The notes below the pieces were generated by a model. The model was not told the DNA's origin, did no database searches, and was given only the letters and a program-made list of their open reading frames with translations. This document shows positions 50,916-64,000 of a DNA stretch of 64,000 bases, piece by piece. How positions within the stretch are numbered: the stretch's first letter is position 1; each line of letters opens with the position of its first letter. The stretch lies in assembly GCF_009914755.1 (NCBI RefSeq), contig NC_060931.1; one strand, written 5' to 3'. The position numbers and the translations under genes were made by a program. The stretch is from the human T2T-CHM13v2.0 reference genome, Homo sapiens.

Positions 50916-51207
50916 GTAGGCAGGAGAGACCTTTGTTATTCTAGGAGATTGGGAGCGTAACATTCTAGGCAGGAACAAGGGTTTGTCCATACATTAAGAT
51001 TTGCTGAATGGAAATTTCTGCTGAATTAGACCTTGTTTCCTCCTATTTTTCTCTATCATCCTAAACTAACTTTTAGCCTTGGGAATGGAATGGGATGGGT
51101 GTTTTCCTTTTCTCTTTCCTAGAGGTTCTATGTAGCTCTACTGGGATTTTCATTCTTGGTCTTAAAGTGAGCCATGCACAAACCTAGCCATTCCTGATTG
51201 TCTCTAG

Positions 51208-51400
51208 GTCTCAACTCCTCCAAACGAACAGAAACCGGTGTGGGAGAAGATATCCTCCTCAGGAACTGCAAAGGAATCCCCGAGCAGCATGCAGCCACAG
51301 CCCTTGGAGACCAGTCACAAATACGAGTCTTGGGGGCCCCTGTACATCCAAGAGTCTGGTGAGGAGCAGGAGTTCGCTCAAGATCCAAGAAAGGTCCGAG
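51208..51400 (+). CDS. ZSCAN21: ZSCAN21 exon 3
   Basis: TCTCTAG|GTC...CGAG|GTGAGG; encodes [10 protein letters not shown]...DPRKVR; 193 nt. Confidence 0.95.
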
Positions 51401-51689
51401 GTGAGGACCACCCATTAGACTCCTATTCAGTGCCCCAGGCCCCTGTGGTTGGAGAAGCAGAATAATTAGTAATTCTTGGTTGTGAGGTGATTTCATAGAT
51501 TGACTTGATTAGTTGGGCTGACTGGGTGGAAATAGTCCCCTTTCCTCCCCCAAGTAAGGCTGTCTTAACCTGGGCCCTAGCATGGGAATGGATCACTCTT
51601 AAAGGATCAGTTTCTCTTTGAAGTCTGAGTATTACAAATAATTTTTTTTAAAGGGTCAATTGAAATGAGTTTAAAAAAGAAACTGTTAA

Positions 51690-52076
51690 CAGAGGTGTAG
51701 AGACTTCAAATGAACCAATAAGGAATAGTGTTGCACCAGACAACAGTGAAAAGCTGTTACTCCCTGTGAGCCTAAAGGGACAGAGGGGGACCCTCTTACC
51801 AGAATCAGGTAAGAGCTATAGTCATGGAGGAGGGGGTCACTTGATAGAAGTTGTGGCTGTAGGCCCTGCTGTGGGATGAGGAGAAAACGGAATAAATACC
51901 CCAACTGCACCCTCCTCCTGCCCTTAAATCTCCTGCTTTTGTTCCCCAATGACAAACTCAGTTGGCAGCCAGAGGGCAGGAAAGACAAGACAGTGCAGCC
52001 CTTAGGGTCAGCTTCCTGGGGCACAGGGCGGGTCAGAGAATGGATCTGAGAAGGGCAAATGGGAAATAATTGGCAA
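51690..52076 (-). mobile_element. LTR33/LTR41-type ERVL solo LTR
   Basis: GCAGCCAGAGGGCAGG...GGGTCAGCTTCCTGGGGCACAGGGC...GAATGGATCTGAGAAGGGCAAATGG resembles the recalled LTR33/41 terminus. Confidence 0.55.
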
Positions 52077-52136
52077 CCTCCTTTCTGAAGCTATGGAAAG
52101 AGGTGGGGCATTTTTCACAAGTCAAAGCTGTATTAG

Positions 52137-52370
<234 letters not shown>

Positions 52371-53044
52371 TAACTTTATTTTTTTGTACAGACAGGGTCT
52401 CACTATGTTGCCCAAGCTGGCCCTATGTTATTTTGTTATTTTATGGGTTCTACTCTTAAGTACCTTCATTTACCAGAAGGATTAGAACTAAATCTTTGAA
52501 ACAGAGTTAATGTTTAATTATATGTTTGCAAAAATATGGCATATTATTCCAAATCCTAATAGTTTCAAACCAGGACTTTGCTTACGTGTTGGTGGTGTAG
52601 ACCACTATTTATGTGTGTGGTGTGATTTCATGACAAGAGTCCATGGCCCTCAGAAATCTCCCTCCATGCTTGCTGTGTCTGAAACGTGAAACTCCATCAT
52701 GGAAACAGAGTTTCGAGCCGGTTAAAAATCACATTTTCTAGGAAAAGTAAAAAATTAAACTGTTAGCTAAATTCTTCATGGTTTATGGTGAACACAGTAG
52801 ACCTCTCCAGGCAATTGGGGTTTCCCCAGAGTTGCCACAGTAATTAGAGATAAAAATAGCCGGAGACCTATCTGGTCAGTTTTATTTTCCATATCTCTTG
52901 GTGTAGCCCCTTGGCAGTATTACACAAAGAGGAGGGTGGAGTGGAAGGATTATCAGAGCCAGGAACAGGCTTGGGTTTTAGTACCCAGATGGGACAGAAG
53001 ACAAAGCTGCTGGGCCCTCCTAAGGAAAGGGAAGTTGGCTGTGA

Positions 53045-53453
<409 letters not shown>

Positions 53454-53960
53454 TGATCCGCCCTCCTCGGCCTCCCAAAGTGCTGGGATTACAGGCGTGA
53501 GCCACCACGCCCAGCCAAGAAACTGTTAATAAAAACACAAACAGGCACCTTTGACAGAAACAAAATAGAATTTCTAAAAGTGAAAACTGTAGTCATTGAA
53601 ATGAAGAATGCAATGGCTGTTTTAAATAATGAAGGACATGATTAGCAAACAGAGGTAGATGGAAGGAAGTCATCTGAAATGCTACTTAGAAAGATCAAGG
53701 TGGCAGGCATTGGACATCAGTGTGGGATCAGATGAGAAGGTCCAGTGTATGTTTAATAGCTGTTCCAGAGGAGGCGGAAAGAGTTGGAGAGGGCAGACAT
53801 GATGGCTCACACCGGTCATCCCAGCACTTTGGGAGGCCGAGGAGGGCGGATCATGAGGTCAGGAGATGGAGACCATCCTGGTCAACATGGTGAAACCCCA
53901 TCTCTACTAAAAATACAAAAATTAGTTGGGCGTGGTGGCATGCACCTGTAGTCCCAGCTA

Positions 53961-54601
<641 letters not shown>

Positions 54602-54723
54602 TTACCCCCCTCAAAGGAATGCTGATTAGACTGATGACAAACTACCCAACAGTAACAGTGCAGCCTGGAAGACAATGAAATAAATAGTCCTGGTAAATTC
54701 TTTTTCAATTTTTGCCTCATTCA

Positions 54724-55023
<300 letters not shown>

Positions 55024-55943
55024 CTATCTCAAAACAAAACAAAGTTTATGAGGTTACTTCTGTCCCACACATGTAGTCCATGGCTGTCCAGTGACTCGAA
55101 GAGAAGTCTGTGTGTAGGCAAGCGATTGCTAATTATGGAGAGTGTGAAGGACTTCAGCTGCTGAAGCTCTGACCCCCAGCAGATGGTGAGGAGAGGGTGA
55201 GCCTGGAAGCAGCTGATAGTCACTGTCAGCAAAGGAAGGAGATAGACAGCTGGGCAGAGAGAGAGAAGCTGTCAGGGCGGTTCCTAGGGAAGGGGAAACG
55301 GGTGAAGAAGGTAGCTTGCTGACAGGCTTCTGTACCCTCAGAGGACTAACAGTTCTCCAAGGGGTCCCATTTTTCAGAGCGAATTTCTCTTACTCCCCTT
55401 TTCCCTGATGTGGATGGCCAGGTGGACTTTGAAGAGGTGTGACTGCCTGGTGAGGCGTTCTAAAAAGATAAACTGGTTCCATCTGATTTTAATAGTGAGC
55501 GTCACTTTATAACTGAATTACAAGATGTAGCCAGTGTAAGTAAATGATGAGCGTGAAGCCCTCTTGGAGATCACGTGCTTTCATTCTGATTGATACGGAT
55601 CTGGGGCGGGAATGATTGTAAATGGTCAGAATGCCCTCTGATTGCTTTTATGTTCAACTGCTGTGGGAACATGGGTTTTTGTGAGTTTGCCACTCAGCCT
55701 CATCCTTAATTGTCCTTGTCATTTTCCTTAACCCTGGCCCTGCAGCAGTCATTCTCCCTTGTTTTTAATCTGCGTGAGGCTCAACTGTTCTTTTTTTTTT
55801 TTTTTTTTTTTTTAAAGGGCCGGGTGTGGTGGTTCATGCCTGTAATCCCAGCACTTCGGGAGGCTGAGGCGGGCAGATCACCTGAGGTCAGGAGTTCTAG
55901 ACCAGCCTATGGTCTAGAACATGGAGAAACCCTGTCTCTACTA

Positions 55944-56161
<218 letters not shown>

Positions 56162-57296
56162 TCACCTGATGTCAGGAGTTTGAGACCAGCCTAGCCAACA
56201 TGGTGAAACCCCATCTCTATTAAAAATACAAAAATTAGCTGGGCGTGGTGCCAGGTGCTTCTAGTCCCAGCTCTTCGGGAGGCTGAGTCAGGAGAATCAC
56301 TTGAACCCAGGAGCGGAGACTGCGGTGAGCCAAGATGATACCACTGCACTCCAGCCTGGGCAACAGAATGAGACTCCGTCTCAAAATAAATAAATAAAAT
56401 AAATATTTTTTTAAAGATAGGGTCTCACTCTGTTGCCCAGGCCAGCACAATCATGGCTCACTGCAGTCTTGACCCATTGCAGCCTTGACCTTCCAGGCTT
56501 AAGTGATCCTCTTATTCAGTCTCCCAAGTAGCTGGGACCACAGGGGCACACCATGCCCACCTAATTTTTTTATTTTAACTTTTTGTAGAAATGGGGTCTC
56601 CCTATGTTGCCCAAGCTGGTCTTGAACTCCCAGACTCAAGCCATCCTCCCGCCTCAGCTCCCAAAGTGCTGGGATTACAGGCGTGAGCCGCTGTGCCCGG
56701 CTACCACTCTCATATGCTGCATTTTGCCTTCTGTATGTGAAGCTGTTTTTCTGGCAGAAAAAGCCACGTTCTCTTCACATCTTAATAGCTTCGGGTGGGG
56801 AATTGTGTGAAAGTGTGGTATGGAGGCCAGGCCTGGTGGCTCATGCCTATAATCCCAGCACTCTGGGAGGCTGAGGCAGGCGGATCACCTGAGGTCAGGA
56901 GATCAAGACCATCCTGGCCAGCATGTTGAAACCCCATCTCTACTAAAAAAAAATACAAAAAATAGCTGGGTGTGGTGGCACGTGCCTGTAATTCCAGCTA
57001 CTCTGGAGGCTGAGGCAGGAGAATCGCTTGAATCAGGGAGTTGGAGGTTGCAGTGAGCTGAGGTCACCTGCATTCCAGCCTGCTGACAGCGAGACTCCAT
57101 CTCAAAAAAAAAAAGAAGTGCAGTATTGTAAACTAGATTGGATGCTGATTTACTTGTATCTATGCGCTATCATGAGCTCTGTTTAGTCACCCTTCAGAAA
57201 CCATCAGTCTCACCTGATGGTTCTATCTCTCTGGTAACAGTTTCTTCCTCAGAACAAGAAACAACTGAAGTATCCTTAATCTGCTTATTGTTTCAG

Positions 57297-58126
57297 ATTG
57301 CAGATTGAGTACCCAGCACGAGGAATCAGCAGATGAGCAGAAAGGTTCTGAAGCAGAGGGGCTCAAAGGGGATATAATTTCTGTGATTATCGCCAATAAA
57401 CCTGAGGCCAGCTTAGAGAGGCAGTGCGTAAACCTTGAAAATGAAAAAGGAACAAAACCCCCTCTTCAAGAGGCAGGCTCCAAGAAAGGTAGAGAATCAG
57501 TTCCTACTAAACCTACCCCAGGAGAGAGACGTTATATATGTGCTGAATGTGGCAAAGCCTTTAGTAATAGCTCAAATCTCACCAAACACAGGAGAACACA
57601 CACTGGGGAGAAACCTTACGTGTGCACCAAGTGTGGGAAAGCTTTCAGCCACAGCTCAAACCTCACCCTCCACTACAGAACACACTTGGTGGACCGGCCC
57701 TATGACTGTAAGTGTGGAAAAGCTTTTGGGCAGAGCTCAGACCTTCTTAAACATCAGAGAATGCACACAGAAGAGGCGCCATATCAGTGCAAAGATTGTG
57801 GCAAGGCTTTCAGCGGGAAAGGCAGCCTCATTCGTCACTATCGGATCCACACTGGGGAGAAGCCTTATCAGTGTAACGAATGTGGGAAGAGCTTCAGTCA
57901 GCATGCGGGCCTCAGCTCCCACCAGAGACTCCACACCGGAGAGAAGCCATATAAGTGTAAGGAGTGTGGGAAAGCCTTCAACCACAGCTCCAACTTCAAT
58001 AAACACCACAGAATCCACACCGGGGAAAAGCCCTACTGGTGTCATCACTGTGGAAAGACCTTCTGTAGCAAGTCCAATCTTTCCAAACATCAGCGAGTCC
58101 ACACTGGAGAGGGAGAAGCACCGTAA
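57297..58126 (+). CDS. ZSCAN21: ZSCAN21 exon 4 coding part (7 C2H2 zinc fingers, stop codon)
   Basis: TTTCAG|AT; seven fingers. Total CDS 399+193+830 = 1422 nt = 473 aa. Confidence 0.98.
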
Positions 58127-58296
58127 CTTTCAAGCGCTCCTGTTGTTGTCGTTGTTTTAAACTTTAGAATCTGAAAACCAGAAAGAAGTCTTGTCATTGC
58201 AGCAGCATCGATTCCGGTGATAGAGTTTGTATCACTCAACATCAGGGGATGCCTGAGGAGTGCGAGCTCCACAGCAACATGGCAGGCAGGAGGTCC

Positions 58297-58421
58297 TCAG
58301 AAGGTGTCAGGAGGTTCCACACTCGCCAGTTCACTGGAGCAGAGTCCCTTCGCCACACTTAGGGTCCCAGTAAGCCATGCCAGCATTACCTTTTGCGTAG
58401 TTAAACAGACGTGTATCCAGT
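58297..58421 (-). CDS. ZNF3: Probable alternative terminal coding exon of the convergent KRAB-ZNF gene ZNF3 (KRAB-only isoform tail)
   Basis: Minus-strand acceptor CTTAATGTTTCTTCCTTAACTAG|AC. Phase-1 reading is (D)WIHVCLTTQKVMLAWLTGTLSVAKGLCSSELASVEPPDTF*. Gene identity is from recall of the locus; upstream exons lie outside the window. Confidence 0.55.
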
Positions 58422-58526
58422 CTAGTTAAGGAAGAAACATTAAGATTGTTTAATTTTTAACATATATTCAAGAATTTTAATTTGTAAAGAATTGAGCCAC
58501 ATTGAACACAATTGAATGAGATTCAG

Positions 58527-58532
58527 AATAAA
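58527..58532 (+). terminator. ZSCAN21: ZSCAN21 polyadenylation signal
   Basis: AATAAA 400 nt after the stop codon, followed by U/GU-rich sequence. Confidence 0.8.
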
Positions 58533-58716
58533 CTTATAACATCTTGTAATGCCTCAGGACTATTATTATAACAAATGATGTGTTGGTTATTGAATACTTA
58601 CAGATGGAGAAAACTATTCCTACTGGTTTAGCTTTTAGAAAATTTGGATTTGGGGGTCAGGCACGGTGGCTTACGCCTGTAATCCCAGCACCTTGGAAGC
58701 CTGAGGCGGTCGATCA

Positions 58717-61755
<3,039 letters not shown>

Positions 61756-62859
61756 TAATTTTTCTATTTTTAGTAGAGACAGAGTTTTACCGTGTTGGCC
61801 AGGCTAGTCTCAAACTCTCACCTCGTGATCCGCCCGCCTTGGCCTCCCAAAGTGCTGGGATTACAGCCATGAGAACACAGATTTAAAATTTATTTGCATA
61901 GGCTGGGCGTAGTGGCACATGCTTGTAATCCCAGCACTTTCGGAGGCCGAGGCAGGCAGATCATGAGGTCAGGAGTTCAAGACCAGCCTGGCCAACATGG
62001 TGAAATCCCGTTGTCTATTAAAAATACAAAAGTTAGCTGGGCGTGGTGGTGGGCGCCTGTAATCTCAGATACTAGTGAGGCTGAGGTTGCAGTGAGCCGA
62101 GATTGGTCCACTGCACTCCAGCCTGGGCAAGAGCAAGACTCCATCTCAAAAAAAAAAAATGGCAATCTATAAAGTAATTTCATTTCATTTTTGAGACTGT
62201 CTTGCTCTGTTATCGTGTGGTGGTGCAATCACAGGGGCTCACTGCAGGCTCAACTTCCTAGGCTCAAGCAGTCCTCTCACCTCAGCCTCCCGAGTAGCTG
62301 GGACCACAAGTGTGCACCACCACACCCAGCTAATTTTTTTTTTGAGATGGAGTCTCACTCTGTTGCCCAGGCTGGAGTACAATGGAGCAATCTTGGTTCA
62401 CCGCAACCACTGCCACCTGCATTTAAGCGATTCTCCTCCCTCAGTCTCCTGAGTAGCTGGGATTACAGGCACGTGCCACCACACCTGGCTGATATATATA
62501 TATAATTTTTTTTTTTTTAGGAGAGAGAGCATTTCACCATGTTGGTCAGGCTGGTCTCGAACTCCTGACCTTGTGATCCGCCCACCTCGGCCTCCCAAAG
62601 TGCTAGGATTACAACTGTGAGCCACTGCGCTCAGCCCTAATTTTTTTTTTTTTAATTTTGTTGTAGAGATAGGGTCTTGCCACGTTGCCTAGGCTGGTCT
62701 GAAGAGATTCTACTGCCTTGGCCTCCCTAAGTGTTGGGATTATAAGCATGAGCCACTGTACCTAGCCTATAAAGAAATTTTAGGGCCAGGCATGGTGGCT
62801 CACGCCTATAATCCCAGCACTTTGAGGCTGAGGCCGGCAGATTGCTAGAGCTCAGTTTA

Positions 62860-63250
<391 letters not shown>

Positions 63251-63479
63251 TAGCTAGGATTATAGGCATGTGCCACCATGCCCGGCTAATTTTGTGTTTT
63301 TAGTAGAGACGGGGTTTCTCCATGTTGGTCAGGCTGGTCTAGAACTCCAGACCTCAGGTGATCTGCCTGCCTTGGCCTCCCAGAGTGCTGGGATTACAGG
63401 CATGAGCCACTGCACCCAGCCAACATGTCTTGTTTTAACTGAAATATATGGTCCAAACATTGCACAAAACCACACTCAA

Positions 63480-64000
63480 TCTCTTCTGAAAAACTATTCT
63501 GTTTAATAGTGCACTTCATTTATGCTACAGGATGAGCAGGGTTGGGAAAACACAATGGAAGGTCATCCCGTCGGTTGGGAAAACTCGGGGAGTGCCATCC
63601 TCACCCAGCAACGAGCTCTGCTACCAGGCTCAGGCACAGCCTGCCTTCTCTGGGCTTCGTTTTTTTGTTTTTTTGTTTTTTTTTTCTCCCTTTTGGGCTT
63701 TGCTCTTTCTCTGCATTAATCTTCAGCTGCTGAAGAGTCAGAGGTGGAGGCAGGAGTGGTCTGGCTCCTGGGGCTGGGTGTCAGAGGTGAGAGGGCAGGG
63801 CAAGCAGGCCAAGTGAGCTCCTTGAAAGCATCCTTACCCAGGCATTTAGAGAAAATCATTTTCATCATTGGAGTGGGAAGAGGACAAGAGAGGACAGCAA
63901 TCAGAGGCCAACGCTAAGTGCTTCTGACCCTCTCCCTCACAGCCGGTTACTAGCTGTTTGGACAGATTTGCCCATTCAGCCCCAGGACAACTGGGGGGGA
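63480..64000 (-). other. ZNF3: Probable 3'UTR end of the convergent gene ZNF3
   Basis: ATTAAA on the minus strand (TTTAAT at 63502-63507), where unique sequence meets the Alu cluster. Gene identity is from recalled gene order only. Confidence 0.5.

Noticed and set aside
55415-55450. GTGGACTTTGAAGAGGTG (VDFEEV) as a possible KRAB-A fossil in ZSCAN21 intron 3
   Set aside because: Only six codons of similarity, with no downstream EEW/LYRDVMLENY trace.

Overview
Human (primate) genomic DNA, very Alu-dense (many dozens of Alu copies and fragments), recognisable as the ZKSCAN1-ZSCAN21-(ZNF3) zinc-finger cluster; the 7q22.1 location is from recall. Two complete + strand genes can be rebuilt from GT-AG sites. 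ZKSCAN1 has a CpG promoter at ~9.0-9.7 kb, 6 exons and a 1692-nt CDS (563 aa: SCAN, degenerate KRAB-A, 6 C2H2 fingers), with a 3'UTR of up to ~7.5 kb. ZSCAN21 has a CpG promoter at ~43.2 kb, 4 exons and a 1422-nt CDS (473 aa: SCAN, 7 C2H2 fingers). A convergent minus-strand gene (probably ZNF3) ends at the right edge and appears to have an alternative terminal exon antisense to the ZSCAN21 last exon. ZKSCAN1 exons 2+3 (668 nt) form the known circZKSCAN1, flanked by Alus of strongly opposite polarity. The least expected observations are: (i) a ~160-bp copy of the ZSCAN21 intron-1/exon-2 junction pasted into an Alu 3.1 kb upstream, which has gained a GT donor and could be a uORF-carrying cassette exon; (ii) a fossil KRAB-B exon in ZKSCAN1 intron 5; (iii) an in-frame AUG|GUU-UAA mini-uORF split by ZSCAN21 intron 1; (iv) several routes to finger-less SCAN/KRAB isoforms; (v) template-switch scars in Alus. 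Most entries in the ORF track are Alu-derived noise. Repeat family names come from recalled consensus sequences and their boundaries are approximate.
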